NCBI GenBank assembly: GCA_024679065.1
Contig: JAGIQG010000001.1
Span: 42,222,001-42,286,000, forward strand
Origin: Sphyrna mokarran
Lineage: Eukaryota
DNA: 64,000 nucleotides
Reading direction: 5' to 3'
The notes under the pieces were generated by a model, which was not told the DNA's origin, made no database searches, and worked only from the letters and a program-made list of their open reading frames with translations. The position numbers were made by a program, and so were the translations under genes. The stretch's first letter is position 1. Each line of letters opens with the position of its first letter. This document shows positions 11,420 through 23,055 of the stretch, in pieces.

Positions 11420-12510
11420 GATACTCTACCTTGTCATCTTGTTGCCTACTTATTTAACCTTTTGATACCTCTTTGCAGCCACTCTGTTTCCTCCTCACAG
11501 CTCATCTTTTCACCTTGTTATCATTAGCTAATCTAGAAGCATCACTCTCTGGGCCTTATTTTACCATTTTGATTCTAAGTGCTGGGCAGACTTGAAACTG
11601 GGAGTGTTTCAGATTCGACTTTTTGACCCGTTCTCAAGCGCCCCAATACACACTCCACCTGAAAAAAAAATTCAGTCATTCCGAATCGCGTTGCAGAAGC
11701 CTGTGACTGCAATCCCGATTGCTGCCATTTTTGGACCTTGGTAAAGGGTGAACCAGTGTGGAAGTGGCGTGTATTGCAATACTTGCCTCACGCATCACGT
11801 TACCAAGTTTTTTGTACCCAAAAACAGGCGCAATACAATGGTAAATTTGGGCCCTCTGTCACTAAATCTTTAATATAGATTGTAAACACCATGGAGCTAG
11901 CACCGATCCTTGCGGCATTCCATTGACTGCTTGCCAACTTGAAAATGTCCCATTTATGCCCATTTTCTGCTTTCTATTCATTAACCTTTTCTGCATATAT
12001 GTAAGTATATTGTCCATAATTCTATGAGCTCTTAGCTTGCCCATTAACATTTTGTGAAGTATCTTATAGGATACCTTTTAGAAATTTAAGTATACAACAT
12101 CTACTCTTTGTCTACCCTGCTAGGTACATTCTCAAAAAAAACTCTGATAAATTTGTCAAAATTGATTTCCCTTAAGTAAAACCATGTTGACTTGTTATAA
12201 TTACACTATGCTTTTCTAGGTGATTTATGAAGACTTTCTTAATAATAGATTCCTTTATTTTCCCAACAACTGATGTTAGACTAATTGGCCTGTATTTTCC
12301 CATTTTCTCCCTCCCACCTTTCTTGAAAAGCAGTGTAACATTTGCCAACTTTCAATCCAACAAGACCATTCCCAAATTTAAGGAATTTTGGAAAATCTTA
12401 GTCAGCACATTCCTGTCACTGTAGCTTTCTCTTTTAGAAAGGTGCAGGCCACTAGGATCCAGGGTTTTGTTGAATTTTAGTCCCTTCAGTTTCTTTAACA
12501 CTTTTTCTTC
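11420..12510 (-). mobile_element. Decayed CR1 LINE RT region
   Basis: Minus ORFs: RKQKMGINGTFSSWQAVNGMPQGSVLAP and EEKVLKKLKGLKFNKTLDPSGLHL..LTKIFQNSLNLG. Confidence 0.85.
11551..11854. mobile_element. MITE with 18-bp TIRs and 3-bp TSD, nested in CR1
   Basis: TIRs gggccttattttaccatt / aatggtaaatttgggccc, flanked by TCT at 11548-11550 and 11855-11857. G-initiated TIRs plus a 3-bp TSD fit PIF/Harbinger. Confidence 0.75.
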
Positions 12511-12524
12511 TTCCAGAGTATCTT

Positions 12525-12830
12525 CAAACTTGTAAGCTCTACTACCCTCAAGGAGAAAGGCAGCAGGCACACAGGAACACTGATAATTGCAAGTTCCTGT
12601 GCAAGCCACATGTCATTCTGACTTGGAACTGTATTGCAGTTTGTGAACTTTCTGTCAATGGATCAAATTCTAGAACCGCGCCCCCCACCCATGAACTGCA
12701 CATTGAATGTACTCATAATCAATATGACAAGAAGAATTCAATTCAATTCAATTCAAGAAGAATTTCCCAAGGGAATTAAGTAGAGGGGTAGATATCCTAT
12801 CATACCAGCAATGCTCACACCTGATAAAAA
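12525..12830 (+). mobile_element. L2/CR1-group LINE 3' end (decayed)
   Basis: aaggcagcaggcacacaggaacac...gcaagttc...ctgacttggaact...ccagcaatgctcacac is the same family as 21680-21865 and 59760-60095. Confidence 0.65.
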
Positions 12831-13444
12831 AGGCATGTTTCACATACACACAGTTTTTTGATGCTGAAATCTATTTGTAGGAACCTAGATACCGAGCGTG
12901 ACCAACTATCAGGTGATGGAAATCAACATAGCTTAGTGATATCTTGGAGGTCTACATGCACATGCAGTTTCCAGTTTGAGCCAATGATTAGGATAAGAAG
13001 TGAGATATCTTTCCCACCATCTCCTGGATACTTGTACTTCTGCAAATCCCAATTCTGTTATTATTAGAACGGGATGGCTCAATTGAGTTGTGAATGGGAT
13101 TGAAACAGGATGCACTGGATGGCTTATTTCCCATTTACACAACAGGCAGGTTCTAGATAATATTTGGTATTAATCTTGCATCTTTTAAGTATTGTTGCTG
13201 CATCACAAAGCAAAGCCACATTCGGATCCCGATTATATTAAATTAAAGGTGTACAACACTACTTTAAGTGATTAGAATGTGGCAGTGGTTTTATTTTTAT
13301 GATGACAGCTTCAATTCAAATTCTATTTCTACAAGCAGCTTAGAAGTTCTATCTCTGTGCCAAGTCTACCATTCCAACTGAAAACGCTGGGGGAAAGGAT
13401 TTATGTGACATCCTTACATACATTGAAGGTTGAGCTCAGCGATA

Positions 13445-13765
13445 AAACAAAAACAACTGTGAATACTGGAAATATAAAATACAAGCTAAAAATGCTGACG
13501 GTGCACAACTGGTTATACAGCAGCTGAAAGGCAAGGATAGGTTATAGTTCCATAATTGTTTGAAACACTCAGCAAATCAAGCAAAATCTGTGGAAGGAAA
13601 TACACTTAACATTTCAGGTCAGTGACCTCTCATCGTGTTTTCTGACAAAAAGTCATTGACCTTCGATGGTAATGCTGTTTTTCTCCAGAAATGCTGCCTG
13701 GTTTGCTGAATATTTCCAGAACTTTTAGTTTTTATCTTACTTTTCAAGCATTTGCAGCATTTTTT
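13445..13765. mobile_element. Palindromic Penelope-like-derived non-autonomous repeat
   Basis: ctcagca...tctgtgga...ttaacatttcaggtcagtgac mirrored by gtcattgacc...ctccaga...tgctgaatatttccag. A degenerate ctgac...gtca/tgac core sits at the centre. Confidence 0.6.
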
Positions 13766-13812
13766 AAAATTTTCTCATAGTTTGCTCACTTTTCTGGTCT
13801 GATTGCCTTTTC

Positions 13813-14680
13813 ATGGGACCACAGAATCACATGCAGCACTGGAAGCAGCCACTTGACCCATCAAGCCCAGGCAGGGGTCGCACAGTGGTTAGCACTGCTT
13901 CCTCAAAGCGCCAGGGCCCTGGGTCTGATTCCCGGCTTGGGTCGCTGTTTGTATGGAGTTTGCACATTCTTCCTATGTTTGCGTGGGTTTCCTCTGGGTG
14001 CTCTAGTTTCCTCCCATAGTCTGAAAGTTGTGTTGGTTAGGTGTATTGATTTGAAAAGGCGACGGAGTGTAGCGGCTAGTAAAATTTCACAGTAACTTCA
14101 TTGCAGCGTTAATGTAAGCCTTACTTGTGACTAATAAATAGACTTTAATTTACTTTAAATCAGTCCCACTCTCCCATTCAGTTCCTACAAATTTATTTTC
14201 AAGTGCCCATCCAAATTCCTTTTGAAATCATTGATTTCTTCCTTACCACCATCCTCATGCGTAGTGAATTGCAGGTAATCACCACCACTGGCTGTTTTAA
14301 AAAAGTTCTTCTATGCATTTCCCTGCATATCTTGCCAAAATATTAAATCTGTGTCCCCTAGTCCTTCTACTTCAGCTTAATGGGAAGATATTTTCCTTTG
14401 ATACCTTGCCTAAGCATGTCATAATATCATACATGACTGTTAAATCTCCCTTCAATCTCTTTTGTTCCAAGGAGGACAACCATAGCCTTTCCCAACCAAC
14501 CTTGTAACTACCCTCTACCTGCCTTCCCACATTCCTGGAACTATTCTGGTAAATCTTCACAGTACCCTAGCTAAAAGTTTTCTGCATCGCTACGCAATAT
14601 TCTATTTGGGGCTCAGTTGGAATCTTACAAAGGTTCAGCACAACTTTCCTGTTTGTGAAGCCCCATATGCCATATGATTT
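13813..14680 (-). mobile_element. CR1 LINE 3' portion
   Basis: Minus ORF RLWLSSLEQKRLKGDLTVMYDIM..KENIFPL is the CR1 ORF2 C-terminus; split by the SINE at 13870. Confidence 0.8.
13870..14157 (+). mobile_element. V-SINE, tail type B (short variant)
   Basis: gcacagtggttagcactgc head, gggtttcctctgggtgctctagtttcctccca V domain, cagtaacttcattgcagcgttaatgtaagcc tail. Confidence 0.9.
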
Positions 14681-14764
14681 GAAACAAAGAGCAGAAGTAG
14701 GCCATTCAGCCCCTCAAACCTGGTCCATCATTTAATAAGATCATGGCTAATCTGATGATAACCT
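14681..14764 (-). mobile_element. CR1 3' end, left piece of the host element
   Basis: agcagaagtaggccattcagcccctc...gatcatggctaatctgatgataacct continues seamlessly at 16239 (caaatctgc). Confidence 0.8.
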
Positions 14765-16232
14765 GATCTTCAGGTCGTCGTTGGTTACGGGCGTGGTTCC
14801 GGAGGACTGGAGGATAGCGAATGTGGTCCCATTGTTCAAGAAGGGGAAGAGAGACCTTCCAGGGAATTATAGGCCACTGAGTCTTACTTCTGTTGTGGGC
14901 AAAGTATTGGAGAGAATTATTAGGGATAGGATTTATAGTTATTTAGAGAGAAATGAATTGATTGGGGATAGTCAGCATGGTTTTGTGAAGGGTAGGTCGT
15001 GCCTTACTAACCTCATTGAGTTTTTTGAAAAAAGTGACCAAAGAAGTGGATGGGGGTAAGGCGGTTGATGTGGTATATATGAACTTTAGTAAGGCGTTTG
15101 ATAAGGTGACCCATGGAAGACTTCTGCAGAAAATGCAGATGTATGGGATAGAGGGTGATTTAGCTAATTGGATTAGGAATTGGCTAGCAGATAGAAGACA
15201 GAGGGTGGTCGTTGATGGGAGATATTCATCGTGGAGTTCGGTGACAAGTGGTATACCTCAGAGGTCTGTTTTGGGGCCCTTGCTGTTTGTAATTTTTATA
15301 AATGATCTGGATGAGGGTATTGAGGGATGGATTAGTAAATTTGCAGATGACACTAAAGTCGGTGGAGTGGTAGATAGTGAAGAGGGGTGTTATAGTTTGC
15401 AGAGAGACTTGACAAGTTGCAGAGCTGGGCCGAGAGGTGGCAAATGGAGTTTAATGTGGAAAAGTGTGAGGTAATGCACTTTGGCAGGAATAATAACTGT
15501 GTAGAGTATAGGGCAAATGGTAGGATTCTTAGCAGTCTAGATGAACAGAGGGATCTTGGTGTGTATGTGCATAGATCCCTGAAAATAGGCAGTCAAGTCG
15601 AGAAGGTTGTTAAGAAGGCATATGGAGTCTTAGCTTTTATTGGTAGGGGGATTGAATTTCGGAGCCGCACCGTCATGTTGCAACTGTACAAAACTCTAGT
15701 GCGGCCGCACTTGGAGTATTGTGTGCAGTTCTGGTCCCCGCATTATAAGAAAGATGTGGAGGCATTGGAGAGGGTACAGAGGAGGTTTACCAGTATGTTG
15801 CCTGGTATGGAGGGCAGGTCTTATGAAGAGAGGCTGAGGGATTTGAGGTTGTTTTCGTTAGAAAGGAGGCGGCTTAAGAGGGGACCTTATTGAAACATAT
15901 AAGATGATTAGAGGTTTAGATAGGGTGGACAGTGATAGCCTTTTTCCTAGGATGGAGAAAGCTAGCACGAAGGGACACAGCTTTAAATTAAGGGGTGATA
16001 GTTATAGGACGGATATCAGAGGTAGGTTCTTTACCCAAAGGGTGGTTCGGGAGTGGACTGCCCTGCCTGCAGCAGTTGTATATGCGCCAAGTTTGGTGGC
16101 GTTTAAGAGGTTAGTTGATAAGTATATGGAAGAGAAGGGAATAGTTTAGTTTGGAGGGGCATTGCTTTTTATATTGGTTGGCGCAACATCGAAGGCCGAA
16201 GGGCCTGTTCTGTGCTGTAATGTTCTATGTTC
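14765..16232 (+). mobile_element. 5'-truncated young HER1/CR1 LINE (RT domain, C-terminus and 3' UTR), three frameshifts
   Basis: [80 protein letters not shown] across four ORFs. Has a (tgttcta)n tail and TSD TAACCT at 14759-14764 and 16233-16238. Confidence 0.97.
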
Positions 16233-16900
16233 TAACCTCAAATCTGCGCTCAACATAACTCTAATAACCTATCACCCCCAAGCTTATGAATATTCTATCC
16301 CCCTCTGCCTTAAAAATGTTCAAACATTCTATTTCCACAGACTTCTCAAGAAGGGAGCTTATGTACTCTTGACTCTCAGAGAGGAAAAAAAAATGATCTC
16401 ATCTCCAATTTAGATGGGTGACCACTTGTTTTTAAACAGGGACCACAATTCTAGATTCTCCCACAAGAGGAAGCATCTTCTCCATGTCCAACCTGTCCAG
16501 ATTCCTCAGAACCTTACATGTTTCAATCAAGTCATCGCCTACTCTTCAGGGAATACAAATCTAGCCTGTCAAACCTATCCTCACAAGCCAATCTGACCAT
16601 TCCAGGTATTAGTCCAGTGAATCTTCTCTGAACTGCTTTCAATACATTTACATTCTACCTTAAATAAGATGACCAATATTGCACACAGTAGTTCAGACGT
16701 GGTCTCACTTGTACTCTGTATAAGAAACATAACATCTCCACTTTTGTATTCAATTCCCCTAAGTGAATAAGTGACAACATTTATTAGCTTTCCAAATTAC
16801 TTCCTGTAATTGCAAAATAGCTGTTGGAATTTCATACACTCAGTTACCCAGATCGCTCTGCATCTCAGAGCTCTGCAATCTCTGTGTAATTTTGCTTTGC
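16233..16900 (-). mobile_element. CR1 3' portion, right piece of the host element
   Basis: ctagattctcccacaagaggaagcatc...gaccaatattgcacacagta is reverse CR1 YCVQFW and 3' sequence. Confidence 0.8.
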
Positions 16901-16954
16901 TAATCATTCTTTCAATTAGCTTGATTTTCACTCCCAAGGCAAGTATTTTTGCTC

Positions 16955-17960
16955 TAGGCCAGAAGTGGGCCTGGATGCAGATCAGAGGAGGCTAGCCACA
17001 GAGTCTGTGGTGTATAGAGGCAGGATTTATTTGTTTTTGGAGATTTTGTCTCAATTGTTTTGTTAAATGTTAGACCCATTAGCCCTCTCTTCTCACACCC
17101 CTCACTCCTCCCATGCACTCCTCATTCTTCAAGTATGCCAGTCATACCAATTCATGTCCCCATATTGCCCCACAGCCAACTTGTGCCAACAAATGTCAAC
17201 TATTTTCACTCATTTCCATGGTTTCTAATACCTCCTATGCCAACTGATTGCCAATGTTTACCCAGAACTTGCTTACCCACCACCCTTTGCCCTTATACCC
17301 TTCATACCAACTGAACAAGTAGGTACCACAACAGATTTCAATAGGCAAAATTAAAGTTCTAAATATCTACTACCGATTTCACTATATAAAACAGTCCTAT
17401 TCATGATAACCTATTTAATACGTTTAAATCCCTTTAGGTACTTAATCTCTTAATAGACAAGCATTCATGTTCTTAACACACAAACACAACTTAGTCCTTG
17501 TTTGAGTAATCAAACAAGATGTGATAATGATAGGTTGTGGAAAACAACTAAGAAGTAATACTACTATAACGATAGCATCAAGAGTATTGAACTGCTAGAC
17601 AATTTTTCTTTTAATTTAATAGATTCAGGCAGGCAGTTCCTTTCACTTTTTGAAGGGCAGGGTATTTAGATAAGTTGACAGTTCTATATATCTTATACAC
17701 CCTTCATAAATACATGTTTCTACCATAAAGCCCCACTCACTGCAGGTTATGGCCAATCATCCTGTGTCTTGAGGTTAAATGGTCCAGTTAATTCATAATT
17801 AGTGCCAGTGTGGTCCACAATCCCTCCTCCCACACCCCTCCCATGCTGTTCCTGCTACCAGCGAACATTTGCAGGGACTGGTGTGGGACTTTAGGATTTG
17901 GTCCTGTTCACCAATTTTAATTGTCTACAGAGGCGCTACAGCTCTGCAAAAATCCAGCCC
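16955..17960. mobile_element. Decayed non-autonomous Harbinger-like element
   Basis: C/A-rich (cccatgcc, catgcc) block like 44430-44720 and 51250-51350; terminal aaaaatccagccc resembles the MITE TIRs. Confidence 0.4.
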
Positions 17961-18119
17961 TATGTGCCCAAAAGGGAATGTGGGGATGGTTGTTTTGGGA
18001 GTGCAGTTCCTATTAAAAGGGATTTATTAAAAATAATTATTTTCTGAATTGATTCTCATAATTTCTATCCCAACTGATCAGAGTAGATTCAATATATATA
18101 TTTGTGTTCTTCATGGTAT

Positions 18120-18365
18120 TGACAGAATGCCTGGAAGGAGGCCAAGCTGATCAGGCATCACACATACCCCAACTGCAGAATGCACAGAGAGTCCTTTCTG
18201 ATGGTAGACCCAGGGAAATCAGTTATCAAGGGATGCACCTCGTAAGAGAAGCCATTGATGAGTTGTGGCACATGCTGCAACAAGACTTCAGGCTACCAAT
18301 GGCTGTCAAAGTCACAACCCTGCTGACGATTTATCTTCTGCAATTATTTGAACTGTCACTGGACC
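18120..18365 (+). pseudogene. Relic of a PIF/Harbinger (HARBI1-like) transposase N-terminus
   Basis: MHLVREAIDELWHMLQQDF-RLPMAVKVTTLLTIY resembles the Harbinger transposase motif LRLSRxxVxExCxLLxxDL..LPVAVKVTxALNFY. Confidence 0.5.
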
Positions 18366-19431
18366 AATAAGTAACTATGAGCAAACCTGTGTGTAGATAC
18401 TACTGGGCTAAATATAAAATCGGGAAAAGTAACTGTAACCCAACCATTGCTTTGTATCCCAGCAATCTTTTATTTTGAGGATAAAGTTAAGTCTTACTAT
18501 CATACCATTAAGATGCTGTTGATGACAATTGTTCAGTAGTGTAACTATGCAAGTTCTGGAGCTGGTAAATGGAATAAAAGTCACTCTTTTGATTTTGAAA
18601 TGATTAAGATCGAACTTATATTTTATATTCAATGCAAAGTCAGAAAGATAATCATGCAGTGAAATTTATCAAACTTCAGTGCAAAGTTGTGAATATAGGC
18701 TAAGGAAAGGAGTAAAAGTACAGTATAAAGCTATGCAAATATACATTGTGACAATGAGAAATGAGTTGTTAGTTAAAAGAACATAATGCAAACAGCCAGT
18801 GTAAGTACATGCTTAATGATACTCATATCTAAAACAATAGATAACATTGTTGTTTTTTTCTAATTTTTAAGTTATAAATAATGCAATCTGAATAGTTTAT
18901 TGTCAATAAATGCACATTTTATTTCTCTTGTATGACAATTAGTTGTGATTTTTCATGAAAAATTAGCTTAATTACTTTTTTTTACATTTCTGGACTAATT
19001 AACGTTGATGGAAAGTGCCTCAACTAGATTCATTGGAGACATGCCATTAAGAAAACTCTCGCATGTAACCTTGAATTATGATGTTTGACTAAAAGGCCTA
19101 AAAAATGTCAAATTAATTAAACTGTATTCAGTGTTTGACTGTAGTCCTGTAGCTGTGCTTTTTTAATGATATTTCTTGGCTTTGACTATCACTCACCACC
19201 ACTCAAAGCTTGGCCACAGAGGTTTCCAAAACACAGTCAATGCAACTGCATGGTTGACAGATGGACACATGGCATGAGTGTCAGAGTAACTTTAAAATAG
19301 GTCAACCATTTAAAACAAAACTATTGAAAAGAAGAATGATTGAGGAACAACCAAGCAAGTTGAATGAGAAGCCACTCTGAATGAAATTCTCTGACGTTGC
19401 AATGAAGTCAATCACCCTACTTTATTGATGG

Positions 19432-19565
19432 AAACAAAATACTACAGATGCTAGACATCTGAAATAAAAATAGAAAACTCTGGAAAAAAATCAGTGAGTC
19501 TGGCAGTTTCTGTGGTGAGAGAATCAGAGTTAATGCTTTGAGTCCAATATGACTTCTTCAGAACC
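19432..19565. mobile_element. Penelope-like-derived repeat half
   Basis: aaacaaaatactacagatgct...gaaataaaaatagaaa...tctgtggtgagagaatcagagttaat...tgacttcttcagaac. Confidence 0.65.
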
Positions 19566-19989
19566 CACTACTTCTTTGCCTTTTTTTATCCTGCTATTTT
19601 ATATTTTCGTATTTTTTCCTGTCACGTAAAGGCTTTCAAAGTTATATGTCAAGTTCATCTCTTCATCTCTCTCTCTATATATATAATGCAATGATATATA
19701 TTATATATATATATAATTGCAGATTTGTGTAATTGGTATGAGATTTAAAGAAATAATTAAGGTGCTTGGCCAAAACTGGGATGTATTTTTCCAAGAAAGT
19801 AGAATTAGAATTAGATAAATCAGCAGTTGGTTGTCTTTTGCTTTAATTTAGAAAAAAAGCTAAAGTTGAATGGACAATGGAAGAAGGCAGTCTTTTGACT
19901 GACTCCAGCTATAATAATTTACTTCCATGGATGGTTCATTGTGAATAGATGGGTTGGATCAGTGAAATCAGAGAGTTAGAGTTACAATG

Positions 19990-20465
19990 CACTGGAGGGG
20001 GTGCAGAGGAAGTTTACACAATGCTGCCTTCGATGGAACATTTAGTTATGAAGAGAAGTTGGATAGGCTTGTTTTCATTGGAGCAGAGAACGCTGAGAGG
20101 TGACTTGATTGAGGTGTTCAAGATTATGAAGGACATGGACAGGATGGATAGAGAACAACTGATCTCCTTAGTTGAAGAATCAGCTACGAGAGGATACTAG
20201 TTAAAAGTGAGGGAGTGGAAGGTTGAGGGGGGATATGAGGAAATGCTTGTTTACCCAGAGGGTGGTGACAGTCTGGAATGCACTACCTGCTAGTGTGGTG
20301 GAGGTGGAACACCTTACACTCTTGGTGAGTACATGACAAACCATAACACCTAAGCCTATGGGCCAAGTGCTGGCATTGGATTAATTGAGCAGGTCAGGAC
20401 ATTTTACGTTTCGGTGTGTAGACTTGATAGGCTGAAGGATTTCTTTTGCACTGTAATATTCTGTG
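19990..20465 (+). mobile_element. CR1/HER1 LINE 3' end
   Basis: IGLFSLEQRTLRGDLIEVFKIMKDMDRMDREQL, then tttacccagagggtggtg and the HE1-shared tail. Confidence 0.9.
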
Positions 20466-20469
20466 ACAC

Positions 20470-20900
20470 TTTTTAAGCATACTGATTTATTGTGCTTTGT
20501 TTAATTACTGCCAATATGAGAGACATGGCAAATTCCAAGGGTAAGCATTCATGACATCCCTAGCTCACCAACAGGAAATGGCCTATTTTAGACCATTAGA
20601 GATATCCTGTTGCATGTCCGGCTTGTTTAAGTAATTATTCCTGTAATTTGCATCATGAACAACTAGTGAAATGCACCAGTAATTGAAAAATCCATGAACA
20701 AATTAAATTTTTAATTATATCACACTGATGTGGCAAGTTATAAACTCCTTCACAAGAGTACTTTTATGAATGTAGTGATTAGGAACGTGAATAACAGGAT
20801 AATAACGGCTGACATTATTTTATATGAACACAATTCCCAAGGCTAGTATTCAACGAGTTGCTAAGGAAATGCTGGACTACCCAGTGTTATTCTGGAGGTG
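20470..20900. promoter_or_regulatory. Repeat-free island, candidate regulatory element
   Basis: Octamer atttgcat near 20646, multiple TAATT cores, RFX-like gttgctaaggaaat near 20857. Confidence 0.3.
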
Positions 20901-21084
20901 AATTCTTAGTATTGGCATTCAAATCCTCACCTCATTTTGACTGTTTTTGACAATGTTGCTAGTATAGAGTAGTCCTACCCTGTTATAAAAATATAGAGTA
21001 TAAAAATTGAAGGCTGCAATGAGAAATTGTTTAGTGAGAGGTAGAACTGGAAGAAGTCTTCTAAACAAATGCAATTAATATATC

Positions 21085-21400
21085 ATAAGAACATAAGAAA
21101 TAGGAGCAGGATAAGGCCATAATGTTTCAATGTGATCACTTTGTATTCATCTAAACTCCAGTGGGTATATACCCAATTTATTCAGCTCCTTATCCTCTCA
21201 CCCCAAAGACAACCTTGTGAATCTTTACTACTATGCCTCCAATGCAAGCATATCCTTCTTAAAATATGATGAGTGGAATTACACACAGTATTTCAGGTCT
21301 GATCTCAAAAGAAGCCCTGTACAATTGTAGTAAGACTTCCTTTTCATCTACATCAAACCCCTTGCAATATGGATCAACATGCCATTTGCCCTCCAATGAC
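21085..21400 (-). mobile_element. CR1 3' fragments
   Basis: cataagaacataagaaataggagcagg tail; minus ORF EKEVLLQLYRASFEIRPE resembles EVLLQLYRALVRPHLE. Confidence 0.75.
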
Positions 21401-21439
21401 TCAGTTAATGCCACCTGGCATTGACCTAGATATTGGAAA

Positions 21440-21865
21440 AGGCAATGACTCATCCAGACCCAACAACCCTGCAAATTTCTCCTTACTGAGGTCTGGAGGC
21501 TTGTGCCAAAGTTGGCAGAGCTGCCTTGCAGAGTAGAAATTTTTTTTAAAGTTCATTTATTAGTGTCACAAATACACTTCCATTAACACTGTAATGAATT
21601 AACTGTGAAAATTCCCTAGTCACCACACTCTGGCACCTGTTCGGTTACACCGAGGGAGAATTTAGCATGGCCATGCAGACAAAAGCAAATACTGCAGATG
21701 AATGGGAACATCAGCATCTGCAAGTTCTCCTCCAAGTCACTCAGCAACCCAAATATATGGAAATATATTGTCATTCCTTCACTGTTGCAAGTTAAAACCA
21801 TTGAACTTCCTCCCAAACAGCTATCTGGGTGTTGCTACAGCACATGAATTGCAGCGGTTCAAGAA
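21440..21865 (+). mobile_element. L2/CR1-group LINE pieces with a nested V-SINE tail (21545-21675, minus strand)
   Basis: cttgtgccaaagttggcagagctg and atgggaacatcagcatctgcaagttctcctccaagtcac...gcagcggttcaagaagg; the SINE type-B tail lies between them. Confidence 0.65.
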
Positions 21866-23055
21866 GGATCAGTGCTGGGATCACTGCTGTTCACAATTTA
21901 CAGTAGTGATTTGGACATAGGAATCAAAATTTGTAAATGACACCAAATTCAAACTGTGGGGGGTGAGGGGTATCGGTAGCATCAATTTTGAGAAGGGTTT
22001 AAACAAAGTACAGAGTGCATCAATAAGTTAAAGTTTATTTATTTATTAGTCACAAGCAAGGCTTACATTAACACTGCAATGAAGTTACTGTGAAATTCCC
22101 CTCGTCACCACACTCCAGCACCTGTTCAGGTTAATGCACCTAACCAGCACATTTTCCAAACTGTGAGAGGAAACTAGAGCACCCAGAGAAAACACAAAGA
22201 TATGAGGAGAATGTGCAAATATCACACAAACAGTGACTCAAGCCAAGAATTGAACCCAGATCTCTGGCTCTGTGAGGCAGCAGTGCTAACCACTGTGCCA
22301 CTGTGCTGCCCAATAAATTTGCAGATGGAGAAAATAATTGCCAAATAAACTTCAGCACAGATAAATGTGAAAATGTGAGCTACTACATTTTGTTAGGGAG
22401 AATAGGTATATGTATATATAAATTGCAAAAATTTGTGCCACAGATTAGCAACTCCATCAAAAAACAAACAAATCAAGCATTTGGTTTTATTTCTAGAAGG
22501 ATAAAACAGAAAAGACTAATGCTGTATCAAACCTTGGTTAGACCACACCTAGGGCATTGCACATAGTTCGAGTCAGCATTTCATGAAAAAGGCAGCAATG
22601 CACTGGAAAAGACTTACAGGGAGGAAACTCGAAATGCATGGATATGCTTTCCAGAAAAGGACTTACAGGCTGGATCACTTCTCCCTTGATAAAAGAAGGC
22701 TAAGGAGTAACTTAATTGAGGTCTTTAAAATTATGAAACACATTGATTGAGTGGTTATAGAGAGAATGATTCCTCTTGTGGGGAAGAGCATAACTAGAGG
22801 CCATCAGTATAAGATAGTCACCAAGATGTCCAATCGGGATTTCATCGAGTGGTGAGAAGGTGGAACATGCTGCCACAGGGACTGAACAGTATTGATGAAC
22901 TTCACTGAAAATTGACAAGTATATGATGAAGAAGAAACTGATTGTTGCAGTGGTAGATTTAAATGAGAAAAAAATGGGAGAAGACTCATATGAAGCATAA
23001 ACACAAACAAGGACTGGTTGGGTCGAATGGCCTATTTCTGTGCTCTATATTTTAT
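21866..23055 (+). mobile_element. CR1 LINE RT C-terminus and 3' UTR (decayed)
   Basis: ggatcagtgctggga (GSVLG), MLYQTLVRPHLGHC, and a gggtcgaatggcctatttctgtgct tail. Confidence 0.8.
22027..22310 (-). mobile_element. Full-length V-SINE, tail type B short variant, with TSD
   Basis: Complete head to tail; CAATAA duplicated at 22021-22026 and 22311-22316 within the CR1 host. Confidence 0.92.

Noticed and set aside
13870-13945. tRNA-like sequences at SINE heads
   Set aside because: They run directly into SINE bodies and lack a complete cloverleaf; not tRNA genes
14781-16149. Reverse transcriptase ORFs as a functional gene or a retron/DGR-like system
   Set aside because: Ordinary 5'-truncated CR1-clade LINE with TSD and frameshifts in a vertebrate context
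19670-19716. Quasi-palindromic (TA)n tract
   Set aside because: Simple microsatellite; self-complementarity is trivial
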